Origin: Octopus vulgaris
Lineage: Eukaryota
Direction: 5' to 3'
DNA length: 64,000 nucleotides
Assembly (NCBI GenBank): GCA_951406725.2
Contig: OX597814.1
Coordinates: forward strand, 171,678,001-171,742,000
In this document: one piece after another, positions 39,230 through 55,412 of the stretch
Layout of the letters: each line of letters opens with the position of its first letter
How positions within the stretch are numbered: position 1 is the first letter of the stretch
The notes under the pieces: generated by a model
What the model saw: only the letters and a program-made list of their open reading frames with translations
Databases searched by the model: none
What the model was told of the DNA's origin: nothing
Made by a program: the position numbers and the translations under genes

Positions 39230-40380
39230 TAGATACATACATATATATACACATCTATATACATGCATGCATACATGCATGTATGTATATATTCATGAGA
39301 CGTACGTGTACATATAATTGTATGCATGTACTAATATTTGTATATATGAATATAAAAATGATAGCTAGGTGTTTTATTTTATACTTATTCTTTCTTACTC
39401 ATTCCTTATGACTTTATGTTAATATTTACACACATAAACGTGCATGTGCGTGTGTATATGTGTATGTGTGCGCGCTTGTATGTGTGTGTGCATATACATA
39501 CAATTATACACAGTAAGCCTAGCGGATAAAAAAAAAGAAAGCTCAGTTAACTGTCAAAAAAGATCGTAAAAGAAGAAAAACACCTACACAAAACCAAACA
39601 TAAACAGCTCATACTTATAACCCAACATACATACATAGATACATGGACACACACACACACATATATATGTTTGTGTGCGTGCATATATGCACTAACCCAC
39701 CCCCACTATAACCACACTCACATATGTATTTCCGAATACCCTCTCTGTCTTTTTTGTCCGTTTTGACCAGTGCAATTGTCAGGTCAAATGGAATTATAAT
39801 ACAGGTTTCACTTCTATCTCTCATCCATGATTCACTAGAATTTAATGCCGTAGAATATTATACACAGACATACACACAAACATATATATATAGATATTTC
39901 AATACATACATACACACATATATGTGTGTATTATGCATATAAGTATTTATATATGCATATATCTATGCATGTTTATATGTTCCTTTGCTTTTTTCTTTCA
40001 TTTTTTTTTTTGCTGGCTTGCATGCTTACTTGCTTTGTATGGTGTTCTTTTACCGTTCTCTGTCGGTATATAATTCAGTCACCAAATATTCAAATATTTC
40101 ATAGATCAGAACTGAATATTTTCATGTATTTGGGGTGGCGGGAATGGGACGTTGGTGTTGTGTTTTATTATCATTATTTCTAAATATTTTTCACTCGATT
40201 GAAAGCTAACAATTTTTATGGTTTAGTCAGAGAGAGAATGGCATCACCTATAACATTTTTGCAGGACGTCCAAGACTGGTAGATTGTTCTGGTTAGAGAA
40301 CATTATGTCCTATGTGCTATGCTCCTGTAAGTATACAATGCATCACCATATTCCTAGACCAAAATTTCCGTCTTAAAGCT

Positions 40381-40777
40381 TACTCTTTTGTTTCAGTCAT
40401 TTGACTGTGGTCATGCTGGAGCACTGCCTTTAGTCGAGCAAATCGACCCCATGACTTGTTCTTTGTAAGCCCAGTACTTATTCTATCGGGCTCTTTTGCT
40501 GAACCGCTAAGTTACGGGGACGTAAACATACCAGCATCGGTTGTCAAGCGATGTAGGAGGGACAAACACAGACACACAAATATATACACATAATATACAT
40601 ATATATACATATATACGACGGGCTTCTTTCAGTTTCCGCCTACCAAATCCACTCACAAGGCTTTGGTCGGCCCGAGGCTATAGTAGAAGGCACTTGCTCA
40701 AGATGCCACGCAGTGGGACTGAACCTGGAACTGTGTGGTTCGTAAGCAAGCTACTTACCACACAGCCATTCCTACGC
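40381..40777 (-). mobile_element. SINE family B, full-length
   Basis: Colinear with 35601-36026. Confidence 0.9.
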
Positions 40778-41162
40778 TTGTCGAATGATTGCCATAATTA
40801 CTTAAACAAATAGTGGTGTTAAGCTTAGTGTTAAGTATTTTGTTGACAAATAGTGCCTAAAAGTCTTAGTGTTATATACTTTGTCCCGGGAATGACTTCA
40901 ATCTGCAGCTGCTTGTGATCCGGGAGTTCTAGATTTTGAAGAGTGTAGAACCAGCTCTTAACCACTATATTTCAAGGTCTACTCTGATCCAGAGTAATAA
41001 CACATGTCCAGGTCTCAGCTGTGGATTAAATGTTATATAACTACCTGAGCCATGGTAGTTATATAATTTAAAAGAATGTTTTGAGATTCAGGCGCAATTT
41101 TTTAGACCCAAAATAAATTCTCCTATATTTTTTCCTGTGTGGAAATACACTTCTCTCCACGA

Positions 41163-41193
<31 letters not shown>

Positions 41194-42074
41194 TGTATGT
41201 ATGTATGTATGTATGTATGTATGTATGTATGTATGTATGTATGTATGTATTATGTAAAAAGTCTTGAGCCTCAAAAGAACAAAACATGGTACAAGACTTC
41301 TGATGAGGGTACAAGACTTCAAGGGTCAGAATTTTTCATACACACCTCGTATATATACATGCACACACACACACACATATATACACACATACATACATAC
41401 ATACATACATACATACATACATACATACATACATACATACATACATACATACATACATAGAACCACATTGTCCCAGGTTCAGTCCCACTGCGTAACGCCT
41501 TGGGCAAGTGTCTTCTACTATAACCTCGGGCCGACCAAAGCTTTGTGAGTTGATTTGGTAGACGGAAACTGAAAGAATCACATCGTATATATGTATATGT
41601 GTATATGTATATGTGTATATATATGTATATAGGTCATGTTCCTCCACAATGCACTAAATATAAATATATGTAAATGTATGTATGTATGTATGTATGTATG
41701 TATGTATGTATGTATGTATGCATGTATGTATGTATGCATGCATGTATGCATTATGTATGTATATACGTTTATAGGTATGCACGTTTGTATGTATGCATGT
41801 ATGTATGATGTACTATGTATGTATGTATGTATGTATTTGTGTAGTTTTATTAGTGGAAATATAAAAATACAACTCAAAATAAGCGTATACACACACACAT
41901 GCACACACGCACACACACACCATGCACACACATCTTTTTTCATTATTAATGGGTAGAGTTTACAGAATGATACAAGAGCAGAGAATTACGTGCATTGGCA
42001 TTTACGGAACATCGATAAGTGCAAATGTACAAAACACTGGGCCCTTCGGTCACTCTGTAACTTCTGCCAGTTCT

Positions 42075-42111
<37 letters not shown>

Positions 42112-42483
42112 ACACACACACACACGTACACACACAAACACACATACACTGCTTTCTGTTACATTATATGTTTTATATTAATATCATATACAAAAACTGA
42201 GTGTTCAACTTGTTGACATAACAATAAACAAAATAAGTCTCTAGAGAAATATAAAACAGTCTATATTTACTGTGTTAGGTCTGAAATATGATCATAGTAA
42301 AAAAAGAAAGCCATAAAATAGAAGTATATATATCGATACCAACAAGGTTTTTAAACTTATATGTTTAAACTCACATATAGAAAATACACTCTCACCCTAA
42401 CACAACCATACTTATATACACACAAAAACATAGATTTACATACAAACTCTTATACACATATACACATATATACTCATATATAT

Positions 42484-42655
42484 AGGGAGAGTTCACGAAA
42501 AAAAAAACAAAAGACGAAGACAGATGGTGTACAAAACAAACAGATGTATTAGTATAACGCTCAGGAATTGAAAAAGTCTTTTACGTTTCGAGCCTACGCT
42601 CTTCTACAGAAAGGGACACAGAAAATATACAAGAAGAGAAACAAGGAGAGAAAAC
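42484..42655 (-). mobile_element. Putative PLE pLTR fragment (same family as 58055-58230)
   Basis: Shares aagagcgtaggc.cgaaacgtaaaagactttttc...ctaatacatct.tttgtt...ttcgtctt with the 58-kb copy. Flanked by (TA)n. Confidence 0.6.
42578..42613 (-). ncRNA. Minimal hammerhead-like ribozyme, A6U core variant
   Basis: Minus: CTTT CTGTAGA A GAGC-gtag-GCTC GAAA CG T A AAAG. Helix III palindrome ACGT. Confidence 0.6.
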
Positions 42656-42700
42656 ACAAATATATATATATATATTATATTTGTGTTTTCTTGTTTGGAT

Positions 42701-42745
<45 letters not shown>

Positions 42746-42801
42746 GTAGAAACATTAAATTCTGTGTGTCCAGTATTTTGCAGCCAGCCTGAGGTCATCT
42801 T

Positions 42802-42885
<84 letters not shown>

Positions 42886-43178
42886 AATAGTTCCTGAAAC
42901 TAACTTATGTCTCTTCAACAACCTCACCGTAGCCATAACAAACACCTGACCACAAATGATCAGTAGAAACGATTTTCACTAGGCCTCCGAATACCTGACT
43001 AAGCAACCTGTCCTGCACACCCACGAAAACGTAAGCGATGTAAAACTGAGTCAAAACTTTTATGAAATACATATGATTTCAAGTGAATGTGTCATTTCCG
43101 TTTGGTCATTCCCTTTTACACCTCGCCTCACCAACACACACACACACCTCCGCGCATACATATATATATATATACACA

Positions 43179-43491
43179 TAGGCGCAGGAGTGGCTGTGTG
43201 GTAAGTAACTTGGTTCTGGGTTCTGGATTCAGTCCACCTGCGTGGCACCTTGGGCAAGTATCTTCTACTATAGCCTCGGGCCGACCAAAGCCTTGTGAGT
43301 AGATTTGGTAGACGGAAACTGAAAGAACCCCGTCGTGTATATATATGTATATATATATATATATATATATACATAGGCGCAGGAGTGGCTGTGTGGTAAG
43401 TAGCTTGCTTACCAACCACATAGTTCTGGGTTCTGTCCCATTACTATAGCCTCGGGCCAACCATAGCCTTGTGAGTAGATTTGGTAGATTT

Positions 43492-43545
<54 letters not shown>

Positions 43546-43737
43546 TGTGTCTGTGTTTGTCCCCCCAACATCGCTTGACAACCAATGCTGGTGTGTTTAC
43601 GTCCCGTCACTTAGCGGTTCGGCAAGAGAGACAGATAGGTTTACAAAGAATAAGTCCTGGGGTCGAATTGCTCGACTAAATGTGGTGCTCCAGCATGGCC
43701 GCAGTCAAATGACTGAAACAAATAAAAGAGTAAAAGA
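43179..43737 (+). mobile_element. SINE family B: 5' half followed by a second internally deleted copy
   Basis: Two heads ggcgcaggagtggctgtgtggtaagta at ~43180 and ~43376, and one tail at ~43680-43737. Confidence 0.85.
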
Positions 43738-44732
43738 ATTATATACATACATATATGAGTGAGACAGGGTGTAAAGGGGAATTTTGGACATAGAGTTATC
43801 TAAAGTTTCATATCCTCAAAGCCAAAGCCTTGTGCACAGCTCGACAGACTCGATACAAAGACAAAAGACTTAAACTTTCTACGTCACGGACTTGAGGAAA
43901 CGCTCAGAAATCGAGATATAAGTCTCAACATATAAACGCTTTAATGAGGACAGGTTGTCTCCCCTGAGCCAGAGCATAAAACAACCCTTATATACCTGAA
44001 AATGCCTAACCAGGAAACGGGAAGATCCAATTTTCAAGTTTTGAATTCATTATCTTGCGGTTAGTAATCCATTGCCTTAAATTTGAAGCCATTAAGTCTT
44101 TAAACATTATTTTACTGGGTTTAGCTTTTTGACTGTCACCATGATGGGGTATCACCTTCGAAAATCTAATTGATTATACTGACCTCAATACGTATTTGAA
44201 TCTGGCTTTTAGCTTATGGACTTCTGCTTTATGAACTGTGACCTTTGAGACATAGTGGGACACAGTACTCGATTTCACAACAAATGTAAACACACACACA
44301 CATATTAGGTACAAGAATGACTGTGTGTTTGAGAAGTTTCCTTCCCAACTACATAGTTTCACGTCAAGTCCCTCTACGTGGAACCTTGGGCAAGTGTTTT
44401 CTACCGTAGCCCTAGGCCAACCACAGATTATGACGGAATTTCGTAGATGGAAACTGCAGCTTTGTTCATCCGAAAATGACCGAAAAACATGTTTTATAAA
44501 GAAGAGTTGTTTGCTTCATATTCCTCGTGTGCCGATTCTGCCTATAAGAAAGGAACAAATAATACAATATGGCTGAAGGTCATGAACCCCGGGCAACACC
44601 GGGGTGCATTTCTAGTATATATATATATATATATATATATGGAGTTCCCATATCCTGTTATCCCCTTTGTCACACGTTTTGTATGTATTTATGAGCCCTT
44701 GTGGCAAAACAATAACAGAATTATTATTATTA

Positions 44733-44874
<142 letters not shown>

Positions 44875-45164
44875 CATTATTATCATTATTATTATTGTTG
44901 TTGTTTTTATTGTTGTTGTTCTCGCCGTCGTTATCGTCGTCGTCATTATCATAAATATTTATTATTGTTGTTCTTAATATTGTTGTTATGACAGCTTATT
45001 CTGAAAAATAATTGGGATTACTGCTATTTTCTCTTAGAAAAAAATAATATAAATAATTATAATTTGAAAATATGACAAAATTTCACTGAAATTAATAATC
45101 ATCGTCGGTAACAAATAATAAATATATAATAAGAACAAGAACAAATCAACAACCACTGCAGTAA

Positions 45165-45216
<52 letters not shown>

Positions 45217-45376
45217 TGTAGCAATAATAATTTATTATTATTATTATTATTATAACAGGAATCATGATGATGAGGAGGATGCAAATGAGGAAGACGACTA
45301 CGACGACGATGTAATAGTAGTCGTAGTAATGATTATTTTGATAGTGTTAAAAGAGGGAACAATAAATAGTAGCAGC

Positions 45377-45410
<34 letters not shown>

Positions 45411-45949
45411 TTAGTAGTAGTAGTAGTAATATTAGTTGTAGTAGTAGTAGCAGAAAGAGTTCATTATATTCCATTCTACTTTTTGTCGAAGAATAATTTT
45501 GAATTTAGTTTTGACATTTCCAAAGTACTCAAAAAACATACTCACAGCTCTACCCAACCGTGGCCACGAGAGCTCTTCTCAAAACTTCCCGTTCCACTGA
45601 TTTTCATACACGATACCCGACTAATTAAGATTGATTAATAGCTTCCTTTCTTTACTTCTCTACTTCTTTTCCCTTTTTTCCCCTTTCTTTTCACTGTTCT
45701 GCTTTCATTTATGTATTTATTTATTTATTCAATCAGATTTTAATTACAAACGAAACCAAAAGTTGTGATGTTAAATATTATTCTTGCAGTTGTTGTTCTT
45801 TGGTTTTAAATCACCCTTGTTCCAGTACACCGTTGAATGAATGCGTTCAAGTTGTGGCCATCCCTGCTTTATTCGGGTATATTATATTTAGTTCTAGATA
45901 TACCATCAGCACAGCTTCCACGAAGACGTAGCCATAGGAAAAACACTCT

Positions 45950-46002
45950 TGGACGATCTTCCGTATGGACGATCTTCCGTATGGACGATCTTCCGTATGG
46001 AC
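45950..46002. repeat. 16-bp tandem repeat x3
   Basis: tggacgatcttccgta repeated three times. Confidence 0.9.
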
Positions 46003-46059
46003 AGAATCGATGGGGTCCATACTCCAGAGTTATCCCTCACTGACCCTTACTTTCAGAAC

Positions 46060-46160
46060 ATGATATGAAGGAATTATTGCTCTAGATGTCACCAAAGCTT
46101 TCGACCAAATATGTATGCAAACCTGTTGTCGAAATTTCCTCTCTACAGGTTCCATCCTAT
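46060..46160 (+). pseudogene. Highly decayed LINE RT fragment
   Basis: attattgctctagatgtcaccaaagctttcgaccaaata = IIALDVTKAFDQI (LDxxKAFD motif). Confidence 0.55.
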
Positions 46161-47389
46161 AGAGTTGTGGCGGAGTCGCAGAGTCGTTTCTTATAATTCC
46201 TTTTATTATTCCCTGGTCCATTCTAACTTGCAACTCTTGCAGTCGTCGAGGTCCCATTTATGGATTAAATAAATTTCCCAAGGGTACTGGTAGCTTCCGT
46301 AGTTTTTGCAAAGCTGTGGGTAAAGCAGCTCTGTACTTTTTTTTTGCAAAGCTATGGTAAAAGCTGTAGGAAAAGACACCCTGGCATAAAACTTGCAGAT
46401 AAAATAGTACTAGTCATCTTGTAATGCTTGCCACTTAAACTTACTATGGTGACCGAGAAAGTAGCAGAAGTGTTGTACAAGATTTTATCACTTAAATACG
46501 ATGTCTTACAAATGTCTCACAATCATTTAATTTCTCGTTCCCTTCTGTATTTCATAAAGTCCTATGGCGATGGATGCGAGGCTGAATAGTCATAAGTGCG
46601 GTCATGCAGGGATGAAAGTAAACCACAACAATCAGGTTGAATATGAGACGATTCTCGTCTGACAAGATGAGGCAATCATAATGTATGTACGTAAGTATGC
46701 AATTATGTATCGTGACAGTAAGGGTGATGGATCACCGTCGTTCGGTGGTGAGGATTCAGTTGTTCGATCAACCTACTCCTAAATTAACATAAATCGTTCA
46801 ACATGTCAGAGACACGTGTACTGTTAACGCAATACTCAGGTTGAATCAGCGTGACACGGTGAATATGACATGGCTGTACTATTTCGAAATACTGACGAAC
46901 AGATACGAATCATCTGAAGTGCTTCTATAGAGTTTCCGTCTGTGCAGTTTTATTCACAACGTATGAGTCGTTCCAAGACTATAGAAAAAGAATTTTACCG
47001 CTGATAACATAGTGGCATCAAACTAGTTACTATGTGGTTGTGAAGCGAACTTCATTACCATTCGGCCATCCTAACATAGCAATCAATCAATCAGTCAATC
47101 ATTCAATAAATCAATCAATCATTCACTCAATAAATCTATCTGTTCATCATATATATATGATACACAGCTACAGACGCAAACGCGTTTGCAGATAAGGATA
47201 CACATCATAGACAAAACAGAATGGACTAAACAGAACCGGAGGATGGAAGAGGTGCTGAAGAGAACACAGATGTGCGACGAAAGATTTCCAGACATTGAAC
47301 AGAAGATAAAATAAGATTGCAGCCATATTAAAGCATGTGTGTGCGGGAGTGTGTGTGCATGTGTGTGTGAGTGTGTGTGTGCATGTGTC

Positions 47390-47715
47390 TATGTGTGTAT
47401 GTGTTTGTCCCCCCACCAGCCATCGCTTGACAACCGATGCTGGTGTATTTATGTCCCCATAACATAGCGGATCGGCAAAAGATACCAATAGAATAAGTAC
47501 CAGGCTCCTGAGTCGATTTCTTCGATTAAAACTCTTTAAGGCGGTGGTCCAGCATGGCCGCACTCAGATGACTCAACCAGGAAAAAGATTAAAAGAAAAT
47601 ATATTCTGTTATTTTTTGTTTCAGTCATTTGCCGATCCGCTAATTTATGGAGTACCGGCATCGGTTGTCAAGCGATGGCAGGTGTGGTGGGGGACAAACA
47701 CAAACATACACACAG

Positions 47716-47775
<60 letters not shown>

Positions 47776-47925
47776 CGGGCTTCTTTCAGTTTCCGTCTAC
47801 CATATCCACTCACAAGGCTTTGGTCTGCCTGAGGCTATAGTAGAAGACACTCGCTCAAGGTACAACGCCGTGGGACTTAACGTGCATGCATGTGATTGGG
47901 AAGTAAGTTTCTTACCACACTGTTA
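47390..47925. mobile_element. Two SINE family B copies tail-to-tail
   Basis: + strand 3' half at 47390-47600, and a - strand copy at 47615-47925. Confidence 0.8.
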
Positions 47926-47927
47926 CG

Positions 47928-48003
<76 letters not shown>

Positions 48004-48077
48004 GTCTGTCTGTCTGTCTATATCTATATCTACATCTATATCTATATCTACATCTATATCTATATCTATATCTCTAT

Positions 48078-49006
<929 letters not shown>

Positions 49007-49031
49007 AGTAGCATTTTCATTCTTACTTATC

Positions 49032-49084
<53 letters not shown>

Positions 49085-49265
49085 TAAACAATTATAATCA
49101 GGGGTCAGCTAATTGCTTCGCCACGCACCGAATTTAGAAATAGGAGTTAAATGCCTTTTCCACTACCAAAAAGATCTCCCAGATAGTAACACACTTTTTT
49201 TACGTCAGCAATTAATTAATTTTACCCTTTTATTATTATTGAACTTATATATGTGTGTATATATG

Positions 49266-49333
<68 letters not shown>

Positions 49334-49408
49334 TATATATACATATACACACACACATATATATATACATATACACACATACATTATATATATATATATG
49401 TATGTATG

Positions 49409-49440
<32 letters not shown>

Positions 49441-50257
49441 TGTATGTATGTATGTATGTATGTATGTATGTATGTATGTATGTATATACTAGCTTAAAAG
49501 CCACCCTATCAGGCTCCAAAGCTAGCTCCTATGGAAGTCTCTTCATTAGGCCTTGCAACGACATTTCATGCATTAAGTACATATTAAATTTTATGAAACT
49601 TGAAAAATATTTTTCAAGCAATGGTCAATTTTCATCAAAACAATGATATAATTTGCCGAACAACAGTACCACCACCATCGCCACCTCATCTGCAATACAC
49701 ACACCATTCAGAATTCTGATACCACCATCATCAATACATTTGACTTCGCCGCCTTCCCTTCCATCACCATCACCACGGTTTTACACATCACTTACTCTCA
49801 CCGTATTCCCTGACCGCCTCGGCTACCACGATCACCATTATCATCCCCACCTTCACCTCTATCACAACTACAGCTCATACTATTACTATCACTCCATTAC
49901 AACCACCAAAAAGGCTAAATGTGTGTGTAAAAGAATTGTGTTCAGTATGTTAGTCAGGTGTTCAGGCCCTCTTTCTCTCACATACTTTTTCTCTCTCCCT
50001 CTTATTATAACTCCCACTGCCACCATCAACACTATTAGCTTTAATAAAAACATCAACTCTCCCTAAATGTTTTTGTCTTTTTCTCTCACTTTCTTTTCTC
50101 TCTCTCTCTCTTTGTCTGTCTTCGCCACCGCCCTCACCGTGTCTATGCCTAGTATTACTCTCACCCCAGCATGAGCTATAGTAGAAGTGTCAATGAATAG
50201 TGAGAGTGGGTGTGTCAAAGTGTGACACACTAACACACAGATATTAGTTTTCGGACT

Positions 50258-50362
<105 letters not shown>

Positions 50363-50369
50363 GAGAGAG

Positions 50370-50431
<62 letters not shown>

Positions 50432-50539
50432 TGTGTGATTCTTTTGTCGATTTCGACATAAGAGATTTCAACATAAGACTGCCTCTTACATGATTTCTTT
50501 TCAGTGCTGCAAATCTTGTACCAGATACACAGTTTAGAA

Positions 50540-50715
50540 ATATTGGTTTCAAATTTTGACACGAGCCCATCAATTTTAGAAAAGGGGTAAGTCGATTTTC
50601 AGCTGCTACTTATTGTATCGACCCCGAAAGAATGAAAGGTACTATCAACCTCAGCGCAATTCGAATGCCACAAACCATTTTGGCTGGCGTGGTGCTAACG
50701 ATTCTGCCAACTCCC
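50540..50715 (-). mobile_element. SINE family A, diverged
   Basis: tatcgaccccgaaagaatgaaagg...gtgctaacgattctgccaactc. Confidence 0.7.
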
Positions 50716-50975
50716 TGCATTTCCGGTTTGTAAGAATGATGCAAAAAGAACATGTCTTCCTTTATAACCTTCTTAATAAGCAGAAGATGGGTTAAAATTA
50801 GCTCTAAATTAAAATGAGCAAAAGAAAACATACATACGTACATCTGGCGATATGTACCTGCATGCATATATGCGTATACATATAGCTAGATACATTCGTA
50901 CATAGGTACATATATACACAATACGTACACTGGTAGATACATGCAAAATACATACAAATATGTACGTACAAATAT

Positions 50976-51007
<32 letters not shown>

Positions 51008-51481
51008 TTACATATTTACATGCTTACATACGCACATACATACATACGCACAAACATACATGCCTACATGCATACATACATATATACATACATACATACG
51101 TACGTACATACATATATACATACATACATACATACATACATACATACATACATACATGCATACATACATAATACGTACTTACGTACGTAGAAAAGCATAT
51201 TTAGAAACACAATCAAGCAAACCTCCGCACATACAAACAAACATACATACTTACATACATACAAACATACACACATACAAACATACATACATATATACAG
51301 ACATACATACATATACATATAGACATACATGCATACGTACGTATGTACGCAGATACATTCATACATACATACATACATACATACATACATACATACATAC
51401 ATACATTCATACATACGTACGTACTTACGTAAGTAGAAAAATATATTTAGAAACATAATCAAGCCTACCTCCGCACATACA

Positions 51482-51515
<34 letters not shown>

Positions 51516-51613
51516 TACACATACATACATACATGCATACATACATACATACACACATACATACATACATACATACATACATACATACATACATACATAC
51601 ATACATACATACA

Positions 51614-51645
<32 letters not shown>

Positions 51646-52365
51646 CGCATGTATAAATACGTACATATATATATATATATATCCCAATTCACACAGAAAC
51701 ATATGACTACGTAGCTGGTTATCTTCAATTGCAAAAAAAAATGACTGTCAAATATTGAAATGTTATTTCAATTGAAATCCAAGTTAATTAAAGAATTATA
51801 AGGTTTTAAATTATCAATTTAGAACCGAAAGCAATCCAATGAAAAGTTGTTACAAATTATTTTGTTTTTTTTCCTTTCCCTATTTTCGTCAATATATATA
51901 TATCTTTTTATATAATTATAGTTAATTTTATTTTTACATGAAAATTGCGTTTTTTTTAATAATTATTTTGTTAGTCAGAGAAGAAGATGGCAATGGTGAT
52001 AACCTTTGCTATTTCTCACAGACTGGTGATATTCATACTGGTGGTATTCTATTTGACTATCGAGCAGTAAGATGACATCTGCAGGAAGCGCTTTGATGAT
52101 GATGATAACGAACTAACGATGGAGCCTTTACGTGGTCGACCTCCTGGAAATAACAGCTAAATCTGTCTCGCGTCAAACGCGACGTTCTTATGCGAAACGG
52201 TAGATTAATTTGGGAAACTGAAATTCTACAGAGATGCATAAAGGCAGTGTTGGTTGCAGTTAGAGCAATTTCGGATCAGAATGTAAATCTTTGACGGAAT
52301 AAAAACTTGAAGACGTCGATTTTGTCTTCACCACCGCAACCACCATTTTCATTATTATCATCATC

Positions 52366-52522
52366 AGGAGTGGCTGTGTGGTAAGTAGCTTGCTAATCAA
52401 CCACATGGTTCCGGGTTCAGTCCCACTGCGTAGCATCTTGGGCAAGTGTCTTCTGCTATAGCCCCGGGCCGACCAATGCCTTGTGAGTGGATTTGGTAGA
52501 CGGAAACTGATAGAAGTCTGTC

Positions 52523-52574
<52 letters not shown>

Positions 52575-52784
52575 TTGTGTATCTGTGTTTGTCCCCCTAG
52601 CATTGCTTGACAACCGATGCTGGTGTGTTTATGTCCCCGTTACTTAGCGGTTCGGCAAAAGGAGAACGATGAATAAGTACTGGGCTTACAAAGAATAAGT
52701 CCCGGGGTCGATTTGCTCGACTAAAGGCCGTGCTCCAGCATGGCCGCAGTCAAATGACTGAAACAAGTAAAAGAGTAAAAGAGT
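52366..52784 (+). mobile_element. SINE family B, near full-length
   Basis: aggagtggctgtgtggtaag...gggttcagtccc...(TA)n(TG)n...gtgctccagcatggccgcagtcaaatgactgaaacaagtaaaagagtaaaagag. Confidence 0.9.
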
Positions 52785-53742
52785 ATCACCACCACCACCA
52801 CCACCACCACCACCGCCACCACCAGCACCAGCACATCATCATAGTTCTCTGTTTAAATTCCGCCAAAATCAACTTTGCCTTCTAAAGCTATGTACTGAGG
52901 TCGACACAGTCGGATATTTCCAAAAGAGCTATTAAAATTATATGGTAAGTCAGAGTTGCTTTATGATTTAATACACCATCTGAATTTTGGGTGTCAAACT
53001 CCCGCTCTGTTTAACATCGCCAACAGATTTTCGTGTACATTTAGCGAGGTCTACTCTACAACAAGACGTTTGAATCAAACATTCGGGAACGACGTGTGAG
53101 AACTTCTCTTCTTACGCATCTTTATTTTCTTTCCAACTGACATTAACCTTTCAGATGCATCAATTTCCCCAATATGGCAAATGGTGGATGTAAAAGAGAG
53201 GGAGAGGGTGTACTGTTGCTTATTCACTTGAGTAAATTGTGTGTACTGTGCTCTCCTCTATATGCGTGGCTTTGTGCCAATCTAATTCCACCCTAGTTCT
53301 AAGTCCAAATCCTGTGAAGGGGATTTCGATAATCATTCATTCCAGATCAAATCCTTTTGCATAGCGTCTAGTCAAATGTTTTACTTCTAGTGACCATGTG
53401 GAACATCGACAATGTATTCCTGGTAAACTACTGAAGGGATTTGACAGTGCTTTTCACCGGAATCCATTGTGTCGGGCAGAAGTAAAACAATTTGGTCTTA
53501 ATCGTCAGTCTTAATACCAATCACAAGACATATTTCCTTGAGAAGAAAGTACCTATAATCTTTTTTAAGGCTTCTCGGACCTGTTGGAAGGTTGGCGACA
53601 AGTGTCCTCAAACTAACATCATGACCTGCATACTTGCAACAAAATAGACCCTGCTAAAGGACATTAAGAGTTAGATGATGTTTAATCGGTCGATGGGTTA
53701 AGTTAACTAAATAAGCAGGCTTCTGCGAGATTTTAACCCAGA

Positions 53743-53821
<79 letters not shown>

Positions 53822-54182
53822 CAGAGAGAGAGGGAGAGAGAGGGAGATAAATAGATACATACAGACATCCATGCATACGTACATGTGTGGTGTGTATACC
53901 TATAGGGTGAGGATACATCGCGAGATAGTGGTTTCAAATCCATGGGGTTGTGTTCTTGAGCAAAACACTTCCTCTCACGTTGCTCTGCGATACCTTGGAC
54001 ACCTGACGCGCGATACCCCGTGCAACGTCAATTTGGTGGAGGGAGTGAGTTAATGTACAACACACACATTTGATCACTATAAAAAACACCATTTGCACAA
54101 GACGTTCGGCAAAAAGTGAAACGCTTATGCGTTGTTTTCCACGCGTGTCCATCATACATACATACATACATACATACATACA

Positions 54183-54218
<36 letters not shown>

Positions 54219-54348
54219 TATACATACACACACACACATATATATATATCGATACATGTGTGTGTGTGTGTGCGTATAATATGTACATACATTTGTACAT
54301 ACATTTGTATATGTATATACATGAGTGTATAATATAAGCTATGTATGA

Positions 54349-54379
<31 letters not shown>

Positions 54380-54512
54380 TGTATGTATATGTATGTATAA
54401 ATATATATATATATATACAGACACACATGTATATATATATATATATATATATATACATACGTAGTAATAAATACATTATTATGTGTGCATGTGTATGTAT
54501 ATGTATGTGCAT

Positions 54513-54550
<38 letters not shown>

Positions 54551-54969
54551 TAATGGAAGGTTTTAGAGAGCACGTCCTACAGGGTGATACTTCAGTAGCA
54601 AGATAAGCAAGACAAACATACCATTGCTACTAGCCAGGTCTGTCCGTGAGATCGCGCAAAGAACACAACGGCCAAATAATTGCCGAGTTGCGCTAGTTGT
54701 TTCATTTCAGGTAAGTAATGGTTTATCCACATTGAGCAGACATATGTTCAGAGACATTCCAGCCATGACTAGCCCGTTTTTTGGACTTTCTTAAAGCTTG
54801 TATCTAAGTTATTATCTTGAAATACTTTACGTTTTCTATGGGGAAATTTTTTGACTGTGTACCTTCGTCAGCTTGAAAAGGAAAAAACAACTTTTGTAGA
54901 TAACATAAATATATGCATGTAGACACACACAAACACATACACACACACAAATACACACACACACATGCA

Positions 54970-55030
<61 letters not shown>

Positions 55031-55039
55031 ATTCTTTTA

Positions 55040-55400
55040 TTCTTTTACAGTCAATTGATTGCGGCCATGGTGGGGCACCGCCTTGAATTTTTTTGTCGAA
55101 TGAATCGACTCCAGTACTTATCTTTTAAGCTCGGTACTTATTCTATCGAACTGTTTTGCCGAACTGCTAGGTTACGGTGTGACACAAACACACCAACACC
55201 GGTTGTCAAGTGGTGGTGGAGGGAAACACGCAAAAACACTCATAAATCTATGTACATATACATAAACATGACGGGCTTCATTCAGTTTCCGACTACCAAA
55301 TTCACTAACAGGGCTTTGGTTGACCCGAGGCTATAGTAGAATGGCACTTGCCCAAGGTGTTACGTAGTAGGACTGAATCCAGAAACATGTGGTTAGGAAT
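55040..55400 (-). mobile_element. SINE family B, diverged
   Basis: gcggccatggtggggcaccgcc...cccgaggctatagtagaa..cacttgcccaaggtg. Confidence 0.8.
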
Positions 55401-55412
55401 CAAGCAAGCTCA

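Noticed and set aside
41288-41320. CTGATGA between 13-bp direct repeats ggtacaagacttc
   Set aside because: Local duplication; the rest of the ribozyme is absent.
51172-51481. Two ~65-bp similar blocks within (CATA)n
   Set aside because: Ordinary old local duplication in low-complexity DNA.
54825-54875. Minus-strand CTGACGA (also at ~37275-37283)
   Set aside because: No convincing helix II or helix I.
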